Positions 7,702 through 17,053 are shown, counted from the first letter of the stretch. The stretch is 17,068 bases of DNA from an uncultured Victivallales bacterium (GCA_964542845.1 CAZIVM010000040.1:1-17068); one strand, 5' to 3'. The notes: generated by a model from the letters alone, not told the origin. Translations and numbers: made by a program.

Positions 7702-7745
7702 AGCTTGCGCAATCTTTAAGGGATATTGCAAATTAATGTATCTTT

Positions 7746-7773
7746 AATATATCATCCTATTTAAAAAAATCAA
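7746..7773 (-). promoter_or_regulatory. Candidate sigma70 promoter of tRNA-Tyr (-35 TTGATT, 16-nt spacer, -10 TATATT) with AT-rich UP-like region upstream
   Basis: Read on minus strand ~45 nt upstream of the mature tRNA 5' end; spacing and hexamers acceptable; no experimental support. Confidence 0.3.
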
Positions 7774-7812
7774 ATTATTTATGAAAAAAAAGTTGTTTTT
7801 TTTCTAAATGAC

Positions 7813-7841
7813 TTGTATTTTCTCATATGCGCGTGTACATT
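7813..7841 (+). promoter_or_regulatory. Possible promoter for the NfeD/flotillin operon (-35 TTGTAT, 17 nt, -10 TACATT)
   Basis: Hexamers by eye in the divergent region between tRNA-Tyr and the yqiJ-like gene; weak match. Confidence 0.2.
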
Positions 7842-7905
7842 TAATAATAGAATTTGAGGTTGTGCTTCAAAATTACAAACAACTTTCCATACACAAGGAG
7901 GATGC

Positions 7906-8487
7906 ATGTTAGATCAACTTAATCAATTTTTTGCTGGCGATACCATGGAAGTCGCTTATAAATCCATGGCAATCATCGGAACAGCATTATTCCTCTTATC
8001 CACGTTAATGACTTTTATTGGGAGCTCAACTGATGTCGATGTAGATATCGATAATGATGGCGCCATTGATATTCATCACGATACAGGTTTTGCAGATCTT
8101 AAAATTTTCTCTGCAAAAACCATTATCGCCTTTGTTATGTTTGTGGGATGGGGGGGTATCGTCTTCGGAAACACTGTCTACGGCTTTATTGGCGCTTTTG
8201 CACTCGGAATCTTCATGATGTTCGTGACCGCCTACTTAATTGTCCTAATCTTAAAACTTCAAGAATCTGGCAATATCAACGATGAAGCTTTCGTGGGACT
8301 TACAGGGATTGTTTACATGACCATTCCTGGCGATCGCGCTCATGAAGGAAAAGTACAAGTCACAACAAAATCAGGCATTCGCGAAGTTGCAGCGCTTGCA
8401 GATAAAAAAATAGAAACAGGGACACCTGTCAAAATCAAGTCCAAACACGCCGAGGGCTGTTTTATCGTCGACACCATCGATTCATAA
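7906..8487 (+). CDS. yqiJ: NfeD-like inner-membrane protein (YqiJ family), partner of the downstream flotillin
   Basis: 193 aa; AAGGAGGA RBS; Asp/His-rich N-terminal segment (DVDVDIDNDGAIDIHHDTGF) as in E. coli YqiJ, hydrophobic TM core, C-terminal beta-rich OB-like tail; located directly upstream of an SPFH/flotillin gene as in yqiJK. Confidence 0.78.
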   Translation: MLDQLNQFFAGDTMEVAYKSMAIIGTALFLLSTLMTFIGSSTDVDVDIDNDGAIDIHHDTGFADLKIFSAKTIIAFVMFVGWGGIVFGNTVYGFIGAFALGIFMMFVTAYLIVLILKLQESGNINDEAFVGLTGIVYMTIPGDRAHEGKVQVTTKSGIREVAALADKKIETGTPVKIKSKHAEGCFIVDTIDS

Positions 8488-8533
8488 CTCAATATTTTAA
8501 TACTAAAACTAACTAAACTAAAGGATTTTAATT

Positions 8534-10135
8534 ATGGAGAATTACATGATCTACTTAGGAATTGGAATTGTGGTTTTTATTTTCATTACCACGCTCGTTA
8601 TTGCAAGCCGTTATCGCAAATGTCCTGCCGACCGCATTCTTGTGGTTTATGGTAAAACAGGGCAAGGTTCAGCGAAATGTATCCACGGGGGTGCAACTTT
8701 CGTTTGGCCCGTCATTCAAGACTACGGATTTTTATCATTGCGCCCATTACAAATTGAGGTCAATCTCAACAATGCGTTGTGTAAACAAAATATTCGTATC
8801 AGTGTCCCTTCAATCTTTACTGTAGCGGTTTCCACAAATCCAGCAACCATGCGTAATGCTGCGGAACGTCTTTTCGGAACAACACCTGAATATATGGCAG
8901 GGCTTGTCAAAGATATTGCTTTTGGTCAATTACGTCTTGTCATTGCCTCACTCACAATTGAAGAGATCAACAGTGACCGCGAAAACTTCCTCCGCGAAAT
9001 TGAAAAAAATGTCGCGACCGAATTAAATAAGATTGGTTTACAACTCCTCAACGTGAATATCACTGATATTATGGATGAATCGGGTTATATTGACGCGATT
9101 GGTAAACGCGCTGCAGCCGAAGCGATCAATAAAGCTAAAGTTGAGGTTGCTGAAGAGACTCGTAAAGGGGGAATCGGTGAAGCGGAAGCACGTTCTGCAC
9201 AACGTATTCGCGTTGCTCAACTTGAAACCGATGCCCAAACAGGGGAAGCGATTACTGAGCGCGACCGTCACGTGGCGATTAAACAAGCCGAAGCAACCGC
9301 GCAAGTGGGTGAAGCTGAAGCGGATAAAGGACGTCGTATTGCCATGATGCAAGCGGATGCAGCGGCTCAAACAGGAGAAGCTCAAGCTGACCGTGACCGT
9401 CGTATTGCCATTAAAGAGGCAGATTCAACAGCTGTTCAAGGGGAAAATGCAGCGGCTATTGAAATTGCTAAGTCCAATGCACTTCGTCAAGAAGCCGAAG
9501 CAGAAGCGTATCGTCGTTCTGAAGCCGCTAAAAAAGTTGCACTTGCGATGATTGAAAAAGCACAATTTGAAGCGGATGAACAAGCACAAATTTCACGTCA
9601 AAAACTCGAAACAGCCAAACAACGTGCTGAAATCGTTGTCTCTGCTGAAATTGATAAACAAAAAGTTGAAATCAAAGCCGAAGCCGAAGCTGAAAAACGC
9701 CGTCGTGAAGCCCGCGGGGAAGCGGACGCCATCTTTGCGCGTTATGATGCCGAAGCGCGCGGTAATTTAGCCATCTTGAATGCAAAAGCGGAAGGTTTCA
9801 ACCGCATTATCCAAGCGTGTGCAGGGAGTTCTGACGCTGCATCAAAAATGTTGATGATTGAAAAACTCGAAGAGTTGGTCAAACTCCAAGCCGAAGCAAT
9901 CAAAAATATCAAAATCGACAAAGTTACAGTTTGGGATTCAGGCGCATCAACACCTGACGGCAAAGGTTCAACCGCTAATTTCTTATCTGGCATGGTCAAG
10001 AGCTTACCTGCGCTTCACGATGTTGCAGGAATGGCCGGGCTTGAACTTCCTAAGTTCTTAGGCGAAGTGAAAGAAGGAGACATTGCCAATGCCTCCACCG
10101 CTAAACCCGACGAACCCGTTATTTCAACCAAATAA
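8534..10135 (+). CDS. yqiK: Flotillin/SPFH (band-7) family protein, YqiK-like, with long Ala/Glu-rich repetitive coiled-coil
   Basis: 533 aa; N-terminal TM, SPFH core (RILVVYGKTG...IEEINSDRENF), then ~300 aa of EA-rich heptad repeats (EAEAEAYRR, AEAEAEKRRREARGEADAIFARYDAEARGN); AAGGA RBS. Confidence 0.85.
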   Translation: MENYMIYLGIGIVVFIFITTLVIASRYRKCPADRILVVYGKTGQGSAKCIHGGATFVWPVIQDYGFLSLRPLQIEVNLNNALCKQNIRISVPSIFTVAVSTNPATMRNAAERLFGTTPEYMAGLVKDIAFGQLRLVIASLTIEEINSDRENFLREIEKNVATELNKIGLQLLNVNITDIMDESGYIDAIGKRAAAEAINKAKVEVAEETRKGGIGEAEARSAQRIRVAQLETDAQTGEAITERDRHVAIKQAEATAQVGEAEADKGRRIAMMQADAAAQTGEAQADRDRRIAIKEADSTAVQGENAAAIEIAKSNALRQEAEAEAYRRSEAAKKVALAMIEKAQFEADEQAQISRQKLETAKQRAEIVVSAEIDKQKVEIKAEAEAEKRRREARGEADAIFARYDAEARGNLAILNAKAEGFNRIIQACAGSSDAASKMLMIEKLEELVKLQAEAIKNIKIDKVTVWDSGASTPDGKGSTANFLSGMVKSLPALHDVAGMAGLELPKFLGEVKEGDIANASTAKPDEPVISTK

Positions 10136-10158
10136 ATAACTACTTAACATTTTCATCA

Positions 10159-10190
10159 AGCGCCAAGCCACAAACTTGGCGCTTTTTTTA
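10159..10190 (+). terminator. Rho-independent terminator after the flotillin gene
   Basis: aagcgccaag-[ccacaaa]-cttggcgctt followed by TTTTTTTA. Confidence 0.7.
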
Positions 10191-10329
10191 TTTAAGACCT
10201 TCTCGTTTTTCCCTTAAAAACAGGGTTTTAAAATCGATATTAAAATAACGATTGATTCAATAGAAAAATATCCATTTTTGCTCGTATTTTAAAAGATGAA
10301 TTTTTTCGTTAAAACTCAACTTAAAATGG

Positions 10330-10357
10330 TTGAAATTTTCACGATGTGTATTATATT
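10330..10357 (+). promoter_or_regulatory. Candidate sigma70 promoter for the rnf operon (-35 TTGAAA, 16 nt, -10 TATATT)
   Basis: Hexamers read by eye ~50 nt upstream of rnfA start in an AT-rich 270-bp intergenic region. Confidence 0.35.
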
Positions 10358-10408
10358 ATTAATGTATTTTTTTCATCTACATACCAAACACAAAAACCCG
10401 AGGTGCTT

Positions 10409-11014
10409 ATGGAGTACTACTTAACGATGATGGTGGGCGCGATTCTCGTGAACAACTTTGTCTTATCCAAGTTCTTAGGAATCTGCCCTTTTCTTGGCGT
10501 ATCCAAACGAACTGAAACCGCATTAGGCATGGGAGGTGCTGTCATTTTTGTGATGACCATCGCTTCATGTGTCACATCCCTAATTTATCACTACCTACTC
10601 TCGTATGAGTTTACCGTAGGCGAAAACAAGATGAACTTAGTTTTTTTACAACTTCTAATTTTCATCTTAGTGATTGCTGCACTGGTACAAATGGTTGAAA
10701 TCATTTTACAAAAGGTAAGCCCCAAACTCTATGATGCGTTAGGAATTTTTCTTCCGCTCATCACCACAAACTGCGCCGTTCTAGGCGCCGCCCAACTCAG
10801 CGTAAAATCGGGTTACAGTGTCTTGGACTCAACCCTCTTTGGCTTCTTTTCTGCTATCGGATTTGCATTGGCATTAGTCCTCTTTTCCAGTATCCGTGAA
10901 CGACTCGCCTTTGCTAAAGTCCCACGCGCGATGGAAGGTACCCCTGTTGCTTTAATTACAGCAGGGATTTTAGCGATGGGTTTTATGGCATTTAGTGGTT
11001 TAGTGAAAGTTTAA
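10409..11014 (+). CDS. rnfA: Ion-translocating oxidoreductase complex subunit A (RnfA/RsxA)
   Basis: ORF 10346..11014 trimmed to MEYYLTMMVGAILVNNFVLSKFLGICPF (GAGG RBS), which aligns with E. coli RsxA [28 protein letters not shown]; conserved LPLITTNCAVLG and IRERLA motifs. Confidence 0.9.
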   Translation: MEYYLTMMVGAILVNNFVLSKFLGICPFLGVSKRTETALGMGGAVIFVMTIASCVTSLIYHYLLSYEFTVGENKMNLVFLQLLIFILVIAALVQMVEIILQKVSPKLYDALGIFLPLITTNCAVLGAAQLSVKSGYSVLDSTLFGFFSAIGFALALVLFSSIRERLAFAKVPRAMEGTPVALITAGILAMGFMAFSGLVKV

Positions 11015-11023
11015 GGAGTTGAT

Positions 11024-11893
11024 ATGGAAAACTTACTTATATTTGCAGGGGTTGCACTTCTTGCAGCTGCCGTCACGGGGGCAATTCTCGGAGGTGCAAT
11101 TGCAATCATTGCCCAAAAATTTGCTGTCGAAAAAGATCCACGCATTGATGAAGTGATCGATTTATTACCTGGGGCTAATTGTGGCGGATGTGGTTTTGCT
11201 GGGTGTGGCGATATGGCCAAAGCACTTATACTGGGTAAAATCAATGATCCAGCGAAATGCCCTGCCGCCTCTAACGACGCTGTAGAGAAAATCTCAGAAG
11301 TGTTAGGGTTAATTTCAGAACCCGGCATTAAAAAAGTTGCGGTAGTGGCATGTGGAGGAAACCATGATATGGCGAAAGAGTCAGTGCGTTATAATGGCGT
11401 GGCTGACTGTAAATCGGCTCTCATTGTTCAAGGGGGAACGAAAGGATGTCGATATGGGTGTTTAGGTTACGGCACTTGTGCGCATGCGTGTCCATTCAAT
11501 GCCATTGAGATTAAAAACGGACTCGCCATTGTGCACCCCGACTTATGTGTAGGATGTGGAAAGTGTGTTGAGACATGCCCGCGTAAACTCATTGCGTTAC
11601 GTCATGCGGATGCAGAAGTCCATATTTATTGTAGTTCCCCCGCCAAAGGTGCCGACAAACGCAAAGTATGTAAAGTTGCCTGCATTGGATGTCGCAAATG
11701 TGTCAAAGCTGCTGAAGAAGGTCAAATTGAAATCAAAGGAACCTTAGCCGTGGTGAATTACGCCAACGCACCGAAAGCTGAAATTGTTGAAAAATCAGCA
11801 TGCCCCATGCACTGCATTGGTTTGGCACAAGACTACAAAGCAATTGGTGTTATCCCTGAGAAAAACGAAGCAAACAACGAGGTATCCGCATGA
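11024..11893 (+). CDS. rnfB: Rnf complex subunit B (RnfB/RsxB), long form with additional ferredoxin-type 4Fe-4S domains
   Basis: 289 aa; N-terminal TM helix, CGGCGFAGC cluster motif, then at least three CxxCxxCxxxCP-type motifs (CVGCGKCVETCP, CIGCRKCV, CPMHC). Confidence 0.9.
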   Translation: MENLLIFAGVALLAAAVTGAILGGAIAIIAQKFAVEKDPRIDEVIDLLPGANCGGCGFAGCGDMAKALILGKINDPAKCPAASNDAVEKISEVLGLISEPGIKKVAVVACGGNHDMAKESVRYNGVADCKSALIVQGGTKGCRYGCLGYGTCAHACPFNAIEIKNGLAIVHPDLCVGCGKCVETCPRKLIALRHADAEVHIYCSSPAKGADKRKVCKVACIGCRKCVKAAEEGQIEIKGTLAVVNYANAPKAEIVEKSACPMHCIGLAQDYKAIGVIPEKNEANNEVSA

Positions 11894-13251
11894 AAAAAAT
11901 AGCGCTCCCTAACATTATAGGTAAATTTCCTGGTGGACGCAGCATTCATCAAGGCGAAGAACTCTCTAATCAATTCCCTGTACGTACGCCCCCCCTTTAT
12001 GATAAATACATTGTGGCAGTGCCCCAAAATATTGGGAAACCCCCTCAAATGATTATCGCTAAAGGCGATAAAGTTTTACGGGGTCAACTCATTGCAAAAG
12101 CAGATGGTTTTGTCTCTGCAAACCTACACGCACCCACCAGTGGCACGATCGAAGATATTATCGAGATTCCAAGTGCAACAGGCCCACAAGTTCCAGCGAT
12201 GGTGATTGTTGCCGATGGTGAAGATACGCCCGCGCAACTTCTTGAGCCTATTGAAAACTGGTTAGAATGCGATCCCAAAGTCATTTTAACACGCGTTCAA
12301 GAAGCAGGACTCGTTGGAATGGGTGGCGCGTCATTCCCGACCCATGTCAAACTCTCACCTCCACCAGAAAAACCCATCGACATATTGATTATTAATGCGG
12401 CGGAATGTGAACCTTATTTAACAGCAGATGAACGCGTGATGCTTGAAAATGCAGAGATGGTTGCAAAAGGAATTGCAATGTTTGCCCGTATTTTAGGTGT
12501 TCGTAATGTTTTAGTGGGTGTTGAAGATAACAAGATGTCGGCTATTCTCAAACTGAAAGAGTCATGCGCGATGTACGGCACGACAGTTGTCGAACTCCCC
12601 GTGCGTTATCCTCAAGGTTCTGAAAAACAACTTATCTATGCACTCACCCATCGAAAAGTTCCTGCGGGCGGACTCCCCATGGATGTCGGTGTTGTGGTGC
12701 AAAATGTGGGGACTGCATTTGCATTGGCCGAAGCGGTGATTTTAGGGAAACCGCTTTATGAACGCATCGTAACCGTTACAGGTGAACAAGTGGTGAATCC
12801 AGGAAATTGGAAACATCGTATTGGCACCCCTATCTCAGAAGTCCTTAAACTTGCAAGAGGCGTTAAAAACCCTGTATGCAAAGTTATTTTAGGGGGGCCT
12901 ATGATGGGCTTTGCGCAACGCTCTCTAGATGCAACAATCTGTAAAAACACCAGTGGCGTTCTTGTCTTAGACGAAACCATTGCCAAACAATACACCTCCG
13001 AACCCTGTATTCGATGTGGGCGTTGCGTTGATGGATGCGTGATGAATCTCTTGTGCTGTACGATTAGTGCGGCGGTCGATAGCAACGATTTTGAAATGGC
13101 GGAACAACTTCATGTCATGGACTGCGTCGAATGTGGATGCTGCGCTTACATGTGCCCTTCATTCCGTCCATTAGTTCAACACATGCGTCGCGCAAAAGGC
13201 GAAATTCTCGCACAACGTCGCAAAGCAGCAGAAAATAAAGAAGGAAAATAA
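11890..13251 (+). CDS. rnfC: Rnf complex subunit C (RnfC/RsxC), NADH/FMN-binding with two 4Fe-4S motifs
   Basis: 453 aa; GMGGASFPTHVK, IINAAECEPYLTADERVM, MQNVGTAFA and CIRCGRCVDGC / CVECGCCAYMCP align closely with E. coli RsxC; start overlaps rnfB stop (ATGA). Confidence 0.9.
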   Translation: MKKIALPNIIGKFPGGRSIHQGEELSNQFPVRTPPLYDKYIVAVPQNIGKPPQMIIAKGDKVLRGQLIAKADGFVSANLHAPTSGTIEDIIEIPSATGPQVPAMVIVADGEDTPAQLLEPIENWLECDPKVILTRVQEAGLVGMGGASFPTHVKLSPPPEKPIDILIINAAECEPYLTADERVMLENAEMVAKGIAMFARILGVRNVLVGVEDNKMSAILKLKESCAMYGTTVVELPVRYPQGSEKQLIYALTHRKVPAGGLPMDVGVVVQNVGTAFALAEAVILGKPLYERIVTVTGEQVVNPGNWKHRIGTPISEVLKLARGVKNPVCKVILGGPMMGFAQRSLDATICKNTSGVLVLDETIAKQYTSEPCIRCGRCVDGCVMNLLCCTISAAVDSNDFEMAEQLHVMDCVECGCCAYMCPSFRPLVQHMRRAKGEILAQRRKAAENKEGK

Positions 13252-13252
13252 T

Positions 13253-14353
13253 ATGTCAGATCAACCCTCAATCATTTTACCCAACCCCGAACACTTAATA
13301 GCGAGTAGTTCGCCTCATATTCACGACGATGGCAAAGCACAAAGCGTTCAACGCATTATGCTTTGTGTGATTCTCGCACTTCTTCCTGCTTGCGGTGCGG
13401 GGATTTACTATTTCGGTATTCAAGCACTTTATACCCTTCTTCTTAGTGTAGCAGGGTGTGTATTTTTTGAATGGATTTGGGCGTATGTAACCAAACAAAA
13501 GAAGCAAACCATTAACGACTTCTCTTGCATTGTGTCAGGAATCCTCCTCGGAATGAACCTCTCGGCAAACGTTCCATGGTGGATTGCACTCGTCGGGGCA
13601 TTTGTTACGATTTGGATTGGAAAGATGCTCTATGGCGGCATCGGTTATAACCCATTCAATCCAGCGATTGTCGGACGCGTCTTTATCCTTCTCTCGTTTC
13701 CAAGTCAAATGACCACTTGGTTTTGGCCACGAACCTACACTACTCAGATGATTAATAATATGATTACATCCCCTACGCCAGTTGTCGTGAGCGAAACCAT
13801 GCCTGCTGAACTCATTGTCGGGGCAACCCCACTTGGCTTAGTTCATAAAGCCGACTTAGCCTCCCTTCAACCCGGTGTCCTTTCTGATTCTGCGTATTGG
13901 GACTACTTTCTAGGGAATATGCCCGGATGTTTAGGCGAAACCAGTGCCATCGCTATTTTGATTGGCGGACTCTTCCTCATCATGCTTCAAATCATTAAAT
14001 GGCAAGTCCCTGTTGCCTTTTTAGGGACCATCGCAATCTTTACGGGTATCATTCACTTTTGCGACCCCACCATGACGCCAGATCCTTTATTTCATATTCT
14101 CACGGGAGGCGCAATGTTAGCGGCCTTCTTTATGATTACAGATATGGTCACAACGCCCGTTACAACCTCAGGCGCCATTATTTTTGCTGTCGGCTCGGCC
14201 ATTTTGACCGTAGTCATTCGTGTTTGGGGCGGTTTCCCCGAAGGTGTAAGTTTCTCAATCCTCTTAATGAATGCATTAACCCCATTGATTGACCGTTACA
14301 CCAGACGTCGCCCCTTTGGATATCGTAAACCTGTTAAAGGAGGTGCCAAATGA
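13253..14353 (+). CDS. rnfD: Rnf complex subunit D (RnfD/RsxD)
   Basis: 366-aa polytopic membrane protein, position and size match RnfD; conserved GG..NPFNPA, TPLG motifs. Confidence 0.88.
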   Translation: MSDQPSIILPNPEHLIASSSPHIHDDGKAQSVQRIMLCVILALLPACGAGIYYFGIQALYTLLLSVAGCVFFEWIWAYVTKQKKQTINDFSCIVSGILLGMNLSANVPWWIALVGAFVTIWIGKMLYGGIGYNPFNPAIVGRVFILLSFPSQMTTWFWPRTYTTQMINNMITSPTPVVVSETMPAELIVGATPLGLVHKADLASLQPGVLSDSAYWDYFLGNMPGCLGETSAIAILIGGLFLIMLQIIKWQVPVAFLGTIAIFTGIIHFCDPTMTPDPLFHILTGGAMLAAFFMITDMVTTPVTTSGAIIFAVGSAILTVVIRVWGGFPEGVSFSILLMNALTPLIDRYTRRRPFGYRKPVKGGAK

Positions 14354-15060
14354 GCGCCAATAAACCCTCTTTAGTTAACTTAGCGATTCGACTCGCTCTT
14401 TTTGCGGCTATTGCGGCCATTGTACTTGCGGTCACCGATCGCCTCACCTTGCCTGCACGCATTGCCACTCAAGAAGGTGTCGAAAACAACGCCATCAAGT
14501 TGGTTTTGCCCGACTTCGAAAGAACCTCTTCTACTTTCTATATTAATGAAAAGGGAGAACCCTGTTTTGAAAAACCTTTCGACAACGCATGTGCTTTCAC
14601 CCCGGCATGGAATCAAAATAAACTCGTAGGCTTTGCATGCAAAGGAACGAGTAATAAAGCGTATGCAGGGAACCTTACAGTGATGTTTGGTTTAGAAATT
14701 GATGGGACAGTAGGGGTTGTTTCTGTCATTGCACATAATGAAACCCCCGGACTTGGGACCATTGAAACCAATCGTCAAAAACAAAAAACAATCTACAATC
14801 TTTTAGATACCGATACAGAAAAAGTGGTTCCCAACGCATATCTCGATCAGTTTAATGGTAAAAAAATTACCTCGATCGAAGAATCTTTTGCATGGAAAAT
14901 TAAAAAAGATGGTGGTAGTTTTGAATTCAAAGGAGGCGCTACAATGAGTATGCGCGCCATCACAGATGCTGTTTATGAAACGGCACGCACGTTCATTGCA
15001 AATAAAGAATCCATTATCCAGTTTATTCAAAAAGAAAACCCTAATATGGAGATACAATAA
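14350..15060 (+). CDS. rnfG: Rnf complex subunit G (RnfG/RsxG), FMN-binding
   Basis: 236 aa; N-terminal TM anchor; FMN-attachment motif GGATMSMRA (S/T-GAT); ATGA overlap with rnfD. Confidence 0.88.
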   Translation: MSANKPSLVNLAIRLALFAAIAAIVLAVTDRLTLPARIATQEGVENNAIKLVLPDFERTSSTFYINEKGEPCFEKPFDNACAFTPAWNQNKLVGFACKGTSNKAYAGNLTVMFGLEIDGTVGVVSVIAHNETPGLGTIETNRQKQKTIYNLLDTDTEKVVPNAYLDQFNGKKITSIEESFAWKIKKDGGSFEFKGGATMSMRAITDAVYETARTFIANKESIIQFIQKENPNMEIQ

Positions 15061-15746
15061 TGAGTCAACTTACTAACTTTACCAAAGGATTATGGCGCGA
15101 AAATCCCGTGCTTGTTCTTTTATTAGGGATGTGCCCAGCACTTGCAACAACATCAAGCGCATTAAATGGTTTGGGAATGGGTATTGCAACACTATGCGTA
15201 CTGGTTGGCTCAAATACTGTGATTTCGTTAATCAAACCTTGGGTTCCTGCACAAATACGTATCCCCTGTTATATTGTTGTGATTGCCACTTTTGTGACAG
15301 TTATCGACTTATTAATGCAAGCTTATGCCCCTGTTGAAATCTATAATGCGTTGGGTATCTTTATTCAACTTATTGTTGTCAACTGTGTTGTTTTAGGTCG
15401 CGCAGAAGCCTTTGCAAGCAAAAACACCGTGTTTTCATCCATTATCGATGGGATAGGCATGGGCGTAGGTTTTACATTTGCACTCGTGCTTTTAGGCGGA
15501 CTCCGCGAGTTTACCTGTGCAGGAACGATTTTTGAGATTAAAATCATCACAGAATGGTCTCCAGATGCAGCGAATAGCTTAATGACACAAGCCCCAGGTG
15601 GCTTTATCATGTTAGGGCTTATTCTTGCAGCAATCAACTGGCATAATCATCGTAAAGCGGCCAAAGAAGGTCGAATTTATACCCCCCCTGCTGAACTTAG
15701 TTGTCGCAATTGCAGAATCTGTAATCTCGACGACATCAACTCTTAA
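15060..15746 (+). CDS. rnfE: Rnf complex subunit E (RnfE/RsxE) with unusual Cys-rich C-terminal tail
   Basis: 228 aa; [31 protein letters not shown] align with E. coli RsxE; last 20 aa end in ...[19 protein letters not shown] (CxxCxxC), absent from E. coli RsxE. Confidence 0.88.
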   Translation: MSQLTNFTKGLWRENPVLVLLLGMCPALATTSSALNGLGMGIATLCVLVGSNTVISLIKPWVPAQIRIPCYIVVIATFVTVIDLLMQAYAPVEIYNALGIFIQLIVVNCVVLGRAEAFASKNTVFSSIIDGIGMGVGFTFALVLLGGLREFTCAGTIFEIKIITEWSPDAANSLMTQAPGGFIMLGLILAAINWHNHRKAAKEGRIYTPPAELSCRNCRICNLDDINS

Positions 15747-15764
15747 ATATAAGGATTTACTACC

Positions 15765-16529
15765 ATGCGTCCACTTGTTATTGCCGACAAAACCTTCTCT
15801 AATCGACTCTTCCTCGGAACAGGCAAATTCGCATCTCGCGAACAACTCGCTCAAGCAATCCAAGCTTCAGAAACTCAACTGGTCACTGTCGCGCTTCGTC
15901 GTGTCGATCTCCAAAAAGGGATGGACGACGATATTATGGGCGCAATCGATCGCTCAAAAACCGAAGTCATGCTCAATACCAGTGGCGCGCGTAACGCCAA
16001 AGAAGCCATTCAAATTGCAAAAGTGGGTTTAGCCTCAGGGTTCAAGTGGCTTAAGCTCGAAATACACCCCGATCCCCACTACTTACTTCCAGACCCGATT
16101 GAGACCCTCATTGCGGCCGAAGAAATTGTCAAAATGGGTTTAATTGTTCTCCCTTATATGAATGCAGATCCCGTCTTAGCAAAACGTCTCGAAGATGTAG
16201 GTGTCCATGCCGTTATGCCCCTTGGCGCACCCATTGGGAGTAATCAAGGACTCCAAACACAAGCGATGTTGCGTATCATTATCGAAAAATCATGCGTCCC
16301 TGTTGTTGTAGATGCGGGTCTCGGACTCCCCTCTCATGCGGCAGCAGCTCTCGAAATGGGTGCAGATGCTGTCTTGGTAAACACCGCGATTGCAGCGGCC
16401 AAGCATCCCGCAGAAATGGCGCGCGCATTTCATTTGGCGCTTCAAGGTGCCGAACTGGCAATGAAAGCGGGTCCTGCAGGCACTTCTATAGGCGCAAATG
16501 CGTCATCACCCATGGATATTTTCATCTAA
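15765..16529 (+). CDS. thiG: Thiazole synthase ThiG
   Basis: 254 aa; [74 protein letters not shown] all match E. coli ThiG; AAGGA RBS. Confidence 0.92.
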   Translation: MRPLVIADKTFSNRLFLGTGKFASREQLAQAIQASETQLVTVALRRVDLQKGMDDDIMGAIDRSKTEVMLNTSGARNAKEAIQIAKVGLASGFKWLKLEIHPDPHYLLPDPIETLIAAEEIVKMGLIVLPYMNADPVLAKRLEDVGVHAVMPLGAPIGSNQGLQTQAMLRIIIEKSCVPVVVDAGLGLPSHAAAALEMGADAVLVNTAIAAAKHPAEMARAFHLALQGAELAMKAGPAGTSIGANASSPMDIFI

Positions 16530-17018
16530 ATGGAAATTCCGCTCTCTATTCAAACACATTTAAGTTTAGAACCCATTAAAGAGAAACAACAAGCATTGTA
16601 TTTCTCTTTGAGTCATTTATATGAAGCGGAATTTGCACCTTTAACAGGGGTTCAATCCGATTCAAAAGATGATTTCCCTATATCTACCCCCTGCCCCGCA
16701 CCCCGCACATGGGGGTGGATACTTTACGCCAAAGAAACCCCATGCGGGTTTGTTGTGATACAACAAATTCAAGAGGTATGGGATGTGGCGGAATTTTTTA
16801 TACATCCAGATTATCGTGCTCAACAATATGGATTCATCCTTGCACGACACCTCTTTTTATCCTTAAAAGGAAAATGGCAAGTGCGTCAACTTATTTCCGC
16901 AACTTATGCCACGAAATTTTGGCGTAAAGTTCTACAAAATATGAAGATTGATTTCATTGAACTACAAGAAGTTGATCCACATTGGGGAAGTATCATTAAA
17001 CAAACTTTTTCTACATAA
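16530..17018 (+). CDS. Small GNAT-like acetyltransferase-fold protein (putative), translationally coupled to thiG
   Basis: 162 aa; ATG immediately after thiG TAA; segment VVIQQIQEVWDVAEFFIHPDYRAQQYGFILARHLF resembles GNAT motif A/B region, though the Q/R-x-x-G-x-G/A signature is imperfect. Confidence 0.5.
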   Translation: MEIPLSIQTHLSLEPIKEKQQALYFSLSHLYEAEFAPLTGVQSDSKDDFPISTPCPAPRTWGWILYAKETPCGFVVIQQIQEVWDVAEFFIHPDYRAQQYGFILARHLFLSLKGKWQVRQLISATYATKFWRKVLQNMKIDFIELQEVDPHWGSIIKQTFST

Positions 17019-17022
17019 ATGA

Positions 17023-17053
17023 TAGCTCCAAATGATTTGGGGCTATTTTTTTA
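17023..17053 (+). terminator. Rho-independent terminator ending the rnf-thiG-GNAT transcription unit
   Basis: tagctccaaa-[tga]-tttggggcta (one G:U wobble) followed by TTTTTTTAT, 5 nt after stop codon. Confidence 0.7.

Noticed and set aside
7506-7719. Two ~65-aa ORFs on opposite strands covering the tRNA-Tyr region
   Set aside because: They overlap a confidently identified tRNA and repeat elements; no RBS; composition artefact.
9038-9999. Several 60-115-aa ORFs on both strands (9038..9385-, 9075..9347+, 9357..9551+, 9552..9770+, 9742..9999-) inside the flotillin gene
   Set aside because: They arise from the low-complexity Ala/Glu-repeat coding tract (GAAGC/GCTTC periodicity). Their translations are Lys/Arg/Leu-rich or Ser/Cys-rich low-complexity strings. 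They are fully contained in a well-supported 533-aa gene.
7571-10190. Possible genomic island integrated at tRNA-Tyr carrying yqiJK
   Set aside because: No integrase/recombinase, no direct repeat of the tRNA 3' end, no obvious GC shift. SPFH/NfeD pairs are common core genes.
13999-14292. 97-aa Arg/His/Cys/Tyr-rich alternative-frame ORF inside rnfD, and similar 16292..16579 inside thiG
   Set aside because: Off-frame translations of conserved genes with biased composition; not independent genes.
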